Source: Patescibacteria group bacterium (GTDB taxonomy: Bacteria > Patescibacteriota > JACPGU01). From it: DNA of 64,000 bases. Numbering within the stretch: the first letter of the stretch is position 1; every line of letters begins with the position of its first letter. Positions 21,191 to 30,361 of this stretch are shown one piece after another. Under the pieces are notes generated by a model. It saw only the letters and a list, made by a program, of their open reading frames with translations. It searched no databases and had not been told where the DNA came from. Both the position numbers and the translations under genes were made by a program. Where the stretch lies: positions 216,530 to 280,529 of the forward strand of contig JBAYUK010000002.1 of NCBI GenBank assembly GCA_041675145.1, in the 5' to 3' direction.

Positions 21191-22657
21191 TTGTATAATA
21201 CTGATATGGAAGACGAATATAGAAAAGTCCGTGCAAAAAAACGAGAAGATTTAATTATGGCAGGGGTAGATCCATACCCTAGTTCTTTTGATCGTTCTCA
21301 TGCGCTCGATAAGGCTATAAAGCTAAAGGTTGGTACAAAAAAAGTTCGGCTTTGTGGTCGCCTTATGATGATTCGAGATATCGGAAAGATTTGTTTTGCG
21401 CAGGTTCAAGATGAGTCTGGTCGCATGCAGATAGTTTTTAACCAAAATGAGATAGATCGTGAACAGTATAAATTTTTTATAAAAAACTTTGATCTTGGTG
21501 ACTTTATCGGTGTAGAGGGTGAGATCTTTACGACTAAGACTGGTGAAAAGAGTTTGCTTGTAAAGAAATTTGAGATGCTAGCAAAAGCGCTTCTACCTCT
21601 TCCAGATAAGTGGCATGGCATTCAAGATGAGGAAGAAAAGCTCCGTAAGCGCTATTTAGATATTTTACTCAACCCAGAAGTAAAGGACTTGGTGTATAAA
21701 AGGTCTATGTTCTGGCAATCTATAAGAGAGTTTTTACTTAAAGACGGATTTATTGAGGTAGAAACCCCTGTATTTGAAACCACTCCCGGAGGAGCAGATG
21801 CGCGGCCTTTTATTACGCATCACAACGCCATGGATATGGATGTGTATCTGCGTATCTCCATGGGTGAACTGTGGCAAAAGAGACTAATGGTGGCAGGGCT
21901 AGAAAAGGTTTTTGAAATAGGTCGTCAGTTTAGGAATGAGGGTATGAGTACCGAGCATCTCCAGGATTACACTCAGATGGAGTTCTATATGGCGTATAAA
22001 GATTTTCGCTATGGAATGAAGATGGCTGAGAAAATGTATAAGTATGTAATAAAGAAAACATTTGGTACGCTTCAATTTACTATTAAAGATCATAAGGTAG
22101 ACTTCAGTAAGAAATGGGAGGTCTACGATTATCGTGAGACTGTACTGAAAATGACAGGTATTGATGTTACTCAAGCTTCTGAGAAAGAGATAGAAACTAA
22201 ACTTAAGGAGCTTAAGATTAACTACGATAAAAATGGTTTCAACATTACTCGTGGGATAGATAATCTATGGAAATTCTGCCGTAAAAAGATTACAGGACCA
22301 GGATTCTTAATAAATACTCCTGTAGTCTTAGAGCCACTGGCTAAAAGAGTACCAGATCGACCTGATGTAGTAGAGCGGTTCCAGATTATTATTGCAGGAT
22401 CTGAAATAGGGAAGGGGTTTTCTGAATTAAACGACCCCATCGACCAAGCAGGACGATTTGCAGGGCAACAGGCTTTACGAGACGCAGGGGACGAAGAGGC
22501 GCAATTCAACGATACGGATTATGTTGAAGCCATGGAGCACGGTATGCCTCCTACTTTCGGATTTGGTGTCTCTGAGAGATTATTTGCTTTTCTTATGGAT
22601 CGACCGGTTCGTGAATGCCAAATATTTCCATTAATGAGACCAAAGAATAAGGAATAA
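21191..22657 (+). CDS. lysS: lysine--tRNA ligase (class II)
   Basis: OB-fold N-domain and class II motifs (FEIGRQFRNEG, GGADARPF, FGFGVSERL). Confidence 0.9.
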   Translation: MYNTDMEDEYRKVRAKKREDLIMAGVDPYPSSFDRSHALDKAIKLKVGTKKVRLCGRLMMIRDIGKICFAQVQDESGRMQIVFNQNEIDREQYKFFIKNFDLGDFIGVEGEIFTTKTGEKSLLVKKFEMLAKALLPLPDKWHGIQDEEEKLRKRYLDILLNPEVKDLVYKRSMFWQSIREFLLKDGFIEVETPVFETTPGGADARPFITHHNAMDMDVYLRISMGELWQKRLMVAGLEKVFEIGRQFRNEGMSTEHLQDYTQMEFYMAYKDFRYGMKMAEKMYKYVIKKTFGTLQFTIKDHKVDFSKKWEVYDYRETVLKMTGIDVTQASEKEIETKLKELKINYDKNGFNITRGIDNLWKFCRKKITGPGFLINTPVVLEPLAKRVPDRPDVVERFQIIIAGSEIGKGFSELNDPIDQAGRFAGQQALRDAGDEEAQFNDTDYVEAMEHGMPPTFGFGVSERLFAFLMDRPVRECQIFPLMRPKNKE

Positions 22658-22660
22658 ACT

Positions 22661-23902
22661 ATGTTAGACCTAAAATTTATTCGAGAAAACGTAGAGTTAG
22701 TCAAAAAGAACTGCCAAGATCGCAGAGTGATTGTTGATCTTGACCGGTTAGTAGTGTTAGACGACGAAAGACGTGAAATGATGCAGCAGATTGAAGTGTT
22801 GCGTGCAGAACGAAACCAAAAGTCTACCAGCAAGCCAAGTGAAGAAGAGATGGCTCGTTTGAAAAGTGTAGGTGATGTTATTTCTCAAAAAGAACAAGAG
22901 CTCGAGAAGGTTCAAGAAAAACTTGTAGCTCTATGGATGCAAATACCAAACCTGACTCATCCCCAGACTCCAATAGGGTCAGAAGAAGATTTCAAAACTG
23001 TTTTTGAAAGCCCAAAGCCAACATTCCCGTTTGAAACAAAGGATCATGAGACCCTCATGAATAACCTCAATGTAATTGATTTTGAAAGAGGAGCAAAGGT
23101 AGCAGGTGCAAAATTTTATTTTACAAAAGGGGATTTAGTTCGTCTTAACTTTGCTCTTCTTCAGTATGGAATGGATGTTTTAGCAACTTACGGTTACGAG
23201 TTGGTAGAAACCCCTGATCTTGCAAAAACAGAAATACTAACTGGCACTGGTTACAATCCTCGTGGAGATGCACAGGATCAGATATATACAATAGAGAATA
23301 CAGATCTAAGTTTGATTGCGACTGCAGAAATTACGATGGGAGGATACCATCAAGATGAGGTACTGGACTTATCAAAGGGTCCAAAAAAATATGCAGCTAT
23401 CTCTCATTGTTTCCGAAAAGAAGCTGGTGCATATGGCCGCACAAGTAAGGGACTCTACCGTGTTCATCAGTTTACGAAGTTAGAAATGTTCATTTATTGT
23501 AAGCCAGAAGAGAGTGAAGCGATGCACCAGGAACTTCTTTCTATCGAACGTGAGATTTGTGATGGGCTAGAAATCCCATATCGCGTTATAGATATTGCGA
23601 GCTCTGATCTAGGTGGCCCTGCATATCGTAAATATGATATAGAGGCTTGGATGACGATGTTAGATAACTGGGGGGAGATTACGAGTACAAGTAACTGTAC
23701 CGACTACCAGGCACGTCGACTCAAGATCCGCTATAAAGACGAAGAAGGCAAGACTCAGCTTGTGCATACGCTCAATGGAACTGCAGTGGTATTGTCTCGC
23801 TTCCCAATTGCTTTGTTTGAGAATCATCAGCAAGCTGACGGATCAATTGCGATACCAAAAGTCTTACAGAAATATTTAGGTAAGGAATTTATAGGAAAAT
23901 AA
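22661..23902 (+). CDS. serS: serine--tRNA ligase
   Basis: MLDLKFIREN coiled-coil arm and class II core (FRKEAGAYGRTSKGLYRVHQFTKLEMF). Confidence 0.9.
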   Translation: MLDLKFIRENVELVKKNCQDRRVIVDLDRLVVLDDERREMMQQIEVLRAERNQKSTSKPSEEEMARLKSVGDVISQKEQELEKVQEKLVALWMQIPNLTHPQTPIGSEEDFKTVFESPKPTFPFETKDHETLMNNLNVIDFERGAKVAGAKFYFTKGDLVRLNFALLQYGMDVLATYGYELVETPDLAKTEILTGTGYNPRGDAQDQIYTIENTDLSLIATAEITMGGYHQDEVLDLSKGPKKYAAISHCFRKEAGAYGRTSKGLYRVHQFTKLEMFIYCKPEESEAMHQELLSIEREICDGLEIPYRVIDIASSDLGGPAYRKYDIEAWMTMLDNWGEITSTSNCTDYQARRLKIRYKDEEGKTQLVHTLNGTAVVLSRFPIALFENHQQADGSIAIPKVLQKYLGKEFIGK

Positions 23903-23914
23903 TAGGAGGATACT

Positions 23915-24439
23915 ATGAAAATAACTATTTCTGGAAAAAATATCGATATCACAGATGCAATTAATAACTATATCGATGAGAAGATCTCAAAGTTAGAGAA
24001 ATATGTAGAAGGTATTGAGCCTATTCATGCTGAAGTTGAGATACAGGCTAGACCTCAAGGATCAAAAGGCCAGCCTACTGCTACTGTTGAAGTAACGTTT
24101 ACGATGCCTGAAGCAATTGTACGAGTAGAGGAGACAGCAGCAGATCTGTACGCCGCAGTTGACGCTATAGAAGAAAAGATTGAGCGCAAGATTAAGAAAT
24201 ATAAGGAACGCCACCTTCGTGATCGTAAGCAGTCTCAAGAGCTTGGTGTTGAAGATATCAAAAAAGTGATTAAAAGAAAGAAGTTTCACCTTGGCAATCC
24301 AATAACTGAAGACGAAGCAATTACTCGCATGGACTTACTTGGACATGACTTTTATGTATTTGTGGACGCTATTACTGGAGAGCAGAGAACGGTGTATCGC
24401 CGTCGTGACGGTGGTTACGGCTCAATTGAGGCCTCATAG
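23915..24439 (+). CDS. hpf: ribosome hibernation promoting factor (long HPF/RaiA)
   Basis: MKITISGKNIDITDAI start typical of the S30AE family, plus a C-terminal dimerisation extension. GGAGG RBS upstream. Confidence 0.8.
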   Translation: MKITISGKNIDITDAINNYIDEKISKLEKYVEGIEPIHAEVEIQARPQGSKGQPTATVEVTFTMPEAIVRVEETAADLYAAVDAIEEKIERKIKKYKERHLRDRKQSQELGVEDIKKVIKRKKFHLGNPITEDEAITRMDLLGHDFYVFVDAITGEQRTVYRRRDGGYGSIEAS

Positions 24440-24465
24440 AAGTATTTCAGCTCCCAGGAAAGGTA

Positions 24466-24496
24466 CAAGCTCGGCAGATCTGCCGAGCTTGTTTTA
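24466..24496 (+). terminator. rho-independent terminator after hpf
   Basis: Perfect palindrome CAAGCTCGGCAGA/TCTGCCGAGCTTG followed by TTTTA. Confidence 0.6.
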
Positions 24497-24551
24497 TGGG
24501 GGTATTTGGCATATAATGGATTAGATAGAAAATTTCACAAAAAACACGATT

Positions 24552-27158
24552 ATGGCTATTTTTGACACATTATTTGGCAGTTCTAGTACGAAAAAAGTTC
24601 GTGCCACTACTCCTTTGATAAAAAAGATTAACGAACTAGAGAATGTATTTCAGGCACTAACAGATGATGAGTTACGCGCCAAGACTGAAGAGTTTAAAAA
24701 GATACTTACTGCAAAATCTACTAAAAAGAAGAGTAATGATGGCTACGCCTCTGAAGAGGAGACAGAGAACACTTCATATGAGGTAACGCAGGCCACACTA
24801 AAAGAGATATTGCCTGAAGCGTTTGCTACTGTCCGTGAAGCTTCTCGTAGAGTTCTTGGCATGCGTCATTTTGATGTTCAGTTAATTGGTGCAATCATTC
24901 TTAATAACGGATCAATTGCAGAGATGAAGACAGGTGAGGGTAAGACTCTTGTATCGACCCTTGCTATCTATCTCAATGCTCTTATGGGTCGTGGCGTTCA
25001 TGTTGTTACCGTAAACGACTACCTTGCAAAACGTGACGCTGAATGGATGGGGAAGCTGTATGACTTCCTCGGGCTATCAACAGGTATTATTGTGCATGAT
25101 AATGCATATGTTGTTGATTATAGTGAGAAGCAGGCTCCAGTAATCGTCGCTGATTCCTCTGTGGACACCGAAGAGGCAACGGGTGAACAGCAGATTTCAG
25201 TAGAGATGACTAACTTACGTTCAGTAACTCGTCGTGAGGCATACGCAGCTGACATTACGTACGGAACCAACAACGAGTTTGGCTTTGACTATCTGCGAGA
25301 CAATATGGTGCACTCTTTAGATCAAAAGGTTCAAAGAGACCTCTACTACGCAGTGATCGACGAAATAGACTCTATCTTAATTGACGAAGCTCGTACACCT
25401 TTAATTATCTCAGCTCCAGCAGAAGAATCAGGAGACATGTATCGTCAATTCGCTCAGCTTGTACCAAGTCTTGTAGAGCATGAGGATTATATTGTTGATG
25501 AGAAGAAGAGAGTAGCGAGCCTTACCGATGCTGGTATTGAGAAGATGGAAAGACTCCTGGGCTTAGATAATATTTACGACAAAGGAGTTGAAATAGTCCA
25601 TCACCTTGAACAGGCACTAAAGGCCCTGGTGCTCTTTAAGAGAGACAAGGACTATATCGCTCGTGATGGTGAGGTGATTATCGTCGATGAATTTACCGGT
25701 CGTCTTATGCCAGGTCGTCGCTACAGTGAAGGTCTTCACCAAGCAATAGAGGCTAAAGAAGGAGTTGAAATTAAGCGCGAGAGTGTTACGTTGGCGACAA
25801 TTACTTTCCAGAACTATTTTAGACTTTATGAAAAGATATCCGGTATGACCGGAACAGCTATGACGGAGAGCGAAGAGTTCTACCGTATATATAAACTTGA
25901 TGTTGTTGAAGTTCCAACACATAGGGAACGAAAACGATCTGACGGTCCTGATCGTATTTATAAAAACGAAAAAGGGAAGTTCGACGCACTAGTAGCAGAT
26001 ATTAAAGAGCGTAACACCAAAGGCCAGCCGGTTTTGGTTGGTACTATTTCTATAGAAAAAAACGAAGTGCTCTCCCATCTTCTTAAGATTAACGGGGTAC
26101 CTCATGAACTTCTTAATGCTAAACAGCATGAAAGAGAAGCGGCCATTATTGCTCAAGCGGGAGCTAAAGGAAGCGTAACTATTGCAACGAACATGGCAGG
26201 TCGTGGAGTAGACATTATCCTTGGTGGTCACCCATATGATCAGGCAAAAGCTGACGAGGTGAGAGCCTTAGGTGGCCTTGCGGTACTTGGAACAGAGCGC
26301 CATGAATCTCGTCGTATCGATAACCAGCTAAGAGGTCGTGCCGGTCGTCAGGGAGATCCTGGATACTCGCAGTTCTATATCTCACTAGAAGATGACCTGA
26401 TGCGTATTTTTGGAGGAGAACGCATTCAAAACATGATGACCTCTCTTGGGATTCCTGATGACCAGCCTATTGAGAACGGAATAGTTTCTCGCTCAATCGA
26501 AGCGGCACAAAAAAAGGTAGAAGGACATAACTTTGATATTCGAAAACATGTACTCGAATACGATGATGTTATGAACAAGCAGCGAGCAACACTCTATACG
26601 AAACGGAACCGTATTTTAATTGGTCGTGACACTGTTGCAAACCATGATGTGAGTTTGCTTGATAAAGCAAAGGACCTTGTTTCGGTCTCATATGATATGT
26701 TGTCACAAGAATACGCTCATATTGATGAAGTAAACGACACTATGTATGCTCGTCTAGCCGATCAACTCGCATCTCTCGGTATGATGTCGCCTGAAGAATA
26801 TCTTAGCGAGGTAAAGAATATATCTACCCCTGAGGCTATCTCGGCATATATTGTTACGATTAAAGATAAGGCTCTCGGTGAGCATATCGAACAAGGTATT
26901 GTAGGGGTATTGTCTGCAGATCAAGTAACTGACTTAATACGATCACTCTATTTGCGCATTATAGATTCGTACTGGGTACGCCATCTAACTGAGATTGACC
27001 ATCTCCGTACAGGAATTGGTCTAGTAGGATATGGCCAGAAGGATCCGCTAGTTGAATATAAACATCGCTCGTATACAATGTTCCAGAAACTTCTTGCGCT
27101 TATTGATGACCAGTTTGTGAAATCTATTATGCATTTGAAGATAGAGAAAGGTAACTAA
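24552..27158 (+). CDS. secA: preprotein translocase ATPase SecA
   Basis: 868 aa with the DEAD-like motor (MKTGEGKTL, DEIDSILIDEARTPLIIS) and the conserved C-terminal domains. Confidence 0.9.
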   Translation: MAIFDTLFGSSSTKKVRATTPLIKKINELENVFQALTDDELRAKTEEFKKILTAKSTKKKSNDGYASEEETENTSYEVTQATLKEILPEAFATVREASRRVLGMRHFDVQLIGAIILNNGSIAEMKTGEGKTLVSTLAIYLNALMGRGVHVVTVNDYLAKRDAEWMGKLYDFLGLSTGIIVHDNAYVVDYSEKQAPVIVADSSVDTEEATGEQQISVEMTNLRSVTRREAYAADITYGTNNEFGFDYLRDNMVHSLDQKVQRDLYYAVIDEIDSILIDEARTPLIISAPAEESGDMYRQFAQLVPSLVEHEDYIVDEKKRVASLTDAGIEKMERLLGLDNIYDKGVEIVHHLEQALKALVLFKRDKDYIARDGEVIIVDEFTGRLMPGRRYSEGLHQAIEAKEGVEIKRESVTLATITFQNYFRLYEKISGMTGTAMTESEEFYRIYKLDVVEVPTHRERKRSDGPDRIYKNEKGKFDALVADIKERNTKGQPVLVGTISIEKNEVLSHLLKINGVPHELLNAKQHEREAAIIAQAGAKGSVTIATNMAGRGVDIILGGHPYDQAKADEVRALGGLAVLGTERHESRRIDNQLRGRAGRQGDPGYSQFYISLEDDLMRIFGGERIQNMMTSLGIPDDQPIENGIVSRSIEAAQKKVEGHNFDIRKHVLEYDDVMNKQRATLYTKRNRILIGRDTVANHDVSLLDKAKDLVSVSYDMLSQEYAHIDEVNDTMYARLADQLASLGMMSPEEYLSEVKNISTPEAISAYIVTIKDKALGEHIEQGIVGVLSADQVTDLIRSLYLRIIDSYWVRHLTEIDHLRTGIGLVGYGQKDPLVEYKHRSYTMFQKLLALIDDQFVKSIMHLKIEKGN

Positions 27159-27163
27159 ATACT

Positions 27164-27751
27164 ATGGAAGAAATAGAAGTTAAATATATCGATATAGATG
27201 TTCCTGATTTAGAAAAGAAGCTCGAAGTAATAGGGGCAGAGAAAGTGGGGGAATACCTCTACCGCTCGAAAACTTTCGATTACGCTGACTTGAGGTTAGA
27301 TAAAGACATGTCCTGGGTGCGCATGCGTGATGAAGGAGATAAGGTAACTCTTGCCTACAAGAAGCGTCTGGGTGTGACAAGTGAGGGCGGTAACGATACT
27401 GGTATGGAAGAAGTAGAGATCGAAGTTTCTGACTACGAGAAGACTGCTCAGATTTTTTTAAAAATTGGATTAATCGAAAAGTTCTCACAAGAAAAGAAGC
27501 GCATCAGGTATAAGAAGGGAACTACAGAGTTTGATATAGATTTCTGGCCAGGGATCCCACCATATCTCGAGATAGAAGCACAAAGCTGGGAGGACATAGA
27601 TGCTGTTGCTGTAGAGTTAGGCCTTACCCCAGACAAGCGTATGATTTGTTCTGCAACACAGATTTATGCCCACTACGGCATCAATGACAAGGAATATGAA
27701 ACGATGACATTTAGCGAAGGATTGGTTAAGAGAACGGTGCAGTTAGGTTAA
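27164..27751 (+). CDS. CYTH-domain protein (class IV adenylate cyclase / triphosphatase-like)
   Basis: 195 aa with an N-terminal EIEVKY motif and acidic beta-barrel residues characteristic of the CYTH fold. Confidence 0.5.
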   Translation: MEEIEVKYIDIDVPDLEKKLEVIGAEKVGEYLYRSKTFDYADLRLDKDMSWVRMRDEGDKVTLAYKKRLGVTSEGGNDTGMEEVEIEVSDYEKTAQIFLKIGLIEKFSQEKKRIRYKKGTTEFDIDFWPGIPPYLEIEAQSWEDIDAVAVELGLTPDKRMICSATQIYAHYGINDKEYETMTFSEGLVKRTVQLG

Positions 27752-27753
27752 AT

Positions 27754-27784
27754 AAAAGAGACCCGTATGGGTCTCTTTTATTTA
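27754..27784. terminator. bidirectional rho-independent terminator between the convergent CYTH gene and rplT
   Basis: AAAAGAGACCC-gtat-GGGTCTCTTTT hairpin, A-rich on one side and T-rich on the other. Confidence 0.55.
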
Positions 27785-28126
27785 TTTCACGTTCTGTACG
27801 ATTTTTGCAAAGGCTTCAGGGTGTTCCTGTGCTATCTGAGATAGCACCTTGCGATCTAGTTCTACACTCTTCTTTTTCAAGATATCTATGAATGTTGAGT
27901 ATGAAAGTCCAAGAGGGCGAACAGCAGCGTTGATCTTGATATTCCAAAGACCACGCATGGTGCGCTTCTTTGCCTTACGGTCACGATACGCCTGCCAACC
28001 GGCCTTTAGATCGGCCTGACGAGCACGCTTAATCGTAGTTCGGTTTAACATGCGACGACCCTTAGCGCGGGCGCGTAGGGTTTTATGCTTTTTGTGAGAT
28101 ATGACTCCTCGTTTGACTCTTGGCAT
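27782..28126 (-). CDS. rplT: 50S ribosomal protein L20
   Basis: MPRVKRGV...HKKHKTLRARAKG is a canonical L20 sequence. Confidence 0.9.
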   Translation of the reverse strand: MPRVKRGVISHKKHKTLRARAKGRRMLNRTTIKRARQADLKAGWQAYRDRKAKKRTMRGLWNIKINAAVRPLGLSYSTFIDILKKKSVELDRKVLSQIAQEHPEAFAKIVQNVK

Positions 28127-28149
28127 GATAGAAAATATAAACTAATAGA

Positions 28150-28344
28150 TTAAGCGTAGGGAAGTAGGCGACGAACCATCTTTGCATCAGCACGGTTAAC
28201 AGTATGTGTCTTTCCCATCTTGCGTTTACGCTTTTTTGATTTACTCGACATTAAGTGAGACTGAAAAGCGCGACGCTTCTTCAGCTTTCCGTTTTTTGTA
28301 ACAGTAATTCTCTTTGCGAGACCTTTATGCGTCTTTAATTTCAT
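28150..28344 (-). CDS. rpmI: 50S ribosomal protein L35
   Basis: MKLKTHKGLAKRITVTKNGKL is canonical L35 (64 aa). Confidence 0.85.
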   Translation of the reverse strand: MKLKTHKGLAKRITVTKNGKLKKRRAFQSHLMSSKSKKRKRKMGKTHTVNRADAKMVRRLLPYA

Positions 28345-28400
28345 GACAGGATTCTTAATGGTGTAGACCCTTTGATTGCTTCAGGGCGATACGTCTTATA

Positions 28401-28946
28401 TTACTTCTTGATTGGTGCGAGAATGGTAGAAAGTCGCTTTCCGAGATATGAGGCTGGAGTTTCGATCTGGGTGATGTCTGCAACTGAAGCAATGAGCTGG
28501 TTGACCTGAGCACGACCCTTATCTAGATACATGGCCTCACGACCGCGAAACATCATAGTGAGCTTGACCTTGTGACCTTTTTCTATGAACTCACGAATCT
28601 TCTTCATCTTGATTTCGATGTCGTGGGTATCAGTTTTTGGTCGCAAACGGATCTCTTTTGTTTCAACTACTTTTTGATTCTTTCTACTTGCTTGTTCCTT
28701 CTTCGTTTGCTCGTATTTAAACTTGCCGTAGTCCATGATCTTTGCTACCGGGGGACTATCTGACATAAGTACGAGATCAAGGTCACGATCAAAGGCCATC
28801 TGTATTGCCACCTTGGTGTCGATATCGTCTATTTTCTCTCCTGTATCTGTAATAACCGTGAGGCGAGGAATACGAATTTCTTCATTGCGGCGGTTGGCCT
28901 TTGTTTGAACCTTATTTCTTGGTTGAAAACTCTTCAAGGAAAGAAT
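28401..28946 (-). CDS. infC: translation initiation factor IF-3 (start uncertain, probably non-AUG)
   Basis: KVQTKANRRNEEIRIPRLTVITDTGEKI matches the IF-3 N-domain and the C-domain is conserved. The track ORF starts at a TTG (28994) that overlaps the upstream gene. Candidate ATT/ATA/TTG starts lie at 28967, 28955, 28946 and 28937, in the infC-rpmI-rplT operon order. Confidence 0.75.
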   Translation of the reverse strand: MLSLKSFQPRNKVQTKANRRNEEIRIPRLTVITDTGEKIDDIDTKVAIQMAFDRDLDLVLMSDSPPVAKIMDYGKFKYEQTKKEQASRKNQKVVETKEIRLRPKTDTHDIEIKMKKIREFIEKGHKVKLTMMFRGREAMYLDKGRAQVNQLIASVADITQIETPASYLGKRLSTILAPIKK

Positions 28947-28977
28947 GTTTGATATTAATAGGCTAATTCTAGCATAA

Positions 28978-29817
28978 TTACTCGCTTTGAGCAAGATTTG
29001 AAGTTGGGGTGGCGTTTTTGTCCTGAGGGACCAGTACTTTGAGGGCTTTTGGTGCTACCTTTATCACGACTGGGGTCTTTCCTGAGTTTTCACCATCTGC
29101 TTTGATCTGGAGGCCTGTTTTACCTGATATTTCAAGGTAATCTCCCTCCACAACTGTAGTCTCAGGCCTCGTTTTTTTGTTGTTTAGGTCCTCAGGCCTG
29201 CTTTTAATCTGAATATGAAGGAGCTGATCAGTTAAGAAGTCTTGGCTATGGCCTCTACCTCCGAAAGGGAAGGGACTAATGGTGAGTCGACTGATATCTG
29301 CCTGGATATGAAGACTACTACCTTCCTTTTTAAGGTCAATGGTCATTGGATAGTAAGAGATAACTGGTTTTTTGAGTCGAGAGGCGATAAAGCCAGACTT
29401 TTTGGCTGTTTGTTTGCCTTCTATCTCGATTGATGCGGTGAAATAGCGGTCGTCATAGAGCCCTAGGTCCATTTCAATAGTTTCTCCGTTCTTGAGGGCC
29501 ATGCACCCATTCATCCATGAGTTAATCCCAATAAGGTGGGCGACTAGGTTATTATCTCCTATAGGGATGACGCCGAATTCGATTGGTTGGTAGGCAAGTA
29601 CCTGGATAATGTCATTTATCATGCCATCGCCACCTATGGCCACGACTCGGTCGATGTCTTTGGTAAGCGCGAGAGAGGCAATCTTTTGCGCTTCACCTCT
29701 TTTACTAACCTCAGCAAATTGACCCGATAATCCCATGTTTTCGAGGGTTTTTTTGATTTTGGCTTTTAAAAAACGAGCCTTTTTGGCTTGCGTATTAAAA
29801 ATATAGAGAGTTTTCAT
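28978..29817 (-). CDS. diacylglycerol-kinase-family lipid kinase (YegS/BmrU-like)
   Basis: DAGK catalytic-domain signature VVAIGGDGMINDI and a C-terminal accessory domain. Confidence 0.65.
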   Translation of the reverse strand: MKTLYIFNTQAKKARFLKAKIKKTLENMGLSGQFAEVSKRGEAQKIASLALTKDIDRVVAIGGDGMINDIIQVLAYQPIEFGVIPIGDNNLVAHLIGINSWMNGCMALKNGETIEMDLGLYDDRYFTASIEIEGKQTAKKSGFIASRLKKPVISYYPMTIDLKKEGSSLHIQADISRLTISPFPFGGRGHSQDFLTDQLLHIQIKSRPEDLNNKKTRPETTVVEGDYLEISGKTGLQIKADGENSGKTPVVIKVAPKALKVLVPQDKNATPTSNLAQSE

Positions 29818-29820
29818 GGT

Positions 29821-30219
29821 TTAGGTCTCGTAGGTTGGTTTTACGATACTCTGGTCTTCAATTTTTCCGTGCATAATAGAAGATCCCGAGAAGATTCCTC
29901 CAGGTTTGACTGAGAGAATCTTAGCTGAGATGTTTCCATTCACTTTTCCGGTAGAGAGGATGTCTAGTTCGTTGACTACATTTACATCTCCATTGACGAT
30001 TCCAGCGATAGTGGCATTTTTTGCATGAATGGGAGCATTTACCTCACCGTCAGTACCAACTACAACATCACCTTCAGCCATAATCTCTCCTGAAAATGAT
30101 CCATTAATCTGAATATTGTGTTTTGCTTCTAGTTTTCCAGAAAGTGCTACACCTGCTCCGACGATAGTCTCAGCATGGGTTACATTTGCTTGTAATTCTC
30201 GCTTTTTGATCAGTGCCAT
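29821..30219 (-). CDS. bactofilin-family cytoskeletal protein
   Basis: 132 aa of beta-helical repeats (GSFSGEIMAEGDVVVG, NATIAGIVNGDVNV, GKVNGNISA) typical of DUF583/bactofilin. Confidence 0.7.
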   Translation of the reverse strand: MALIKKRELQANVTHAETIVGAGVALSGKLEAKHNIQINGSFSGEIMAEGDVVVGTDGEVNAPIHAKNATIAGIVNGDVNVVNELDILSTGKVNGNISAKILSVKPGGIFSGSSIMHGKIEDQSIVKPTYET

Positions 30220-30303
30220 ACGATATGATTAGCTGGGCTAATAGTAGAGATAATTATAGCATTTTTGATGTATTGAGGCAAATAAATAGCCTTCATCCTA
30301 TAC

Positions 30304-30332
30304 TTGCGAAACTCGGTTTTAAAGCGTATACT
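30304..30332 (+). promoter_or_regulatory. candidate sigma70-type promoter for uvrA
   Basis: TTGCGA-17 nt-TATACT, about 30 nt upstream of the uvrA ATG. Confidence 0.3.
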
Positions 30333-30361
30333 ATCAAGCATACTTTTGACTAAAAAATACT

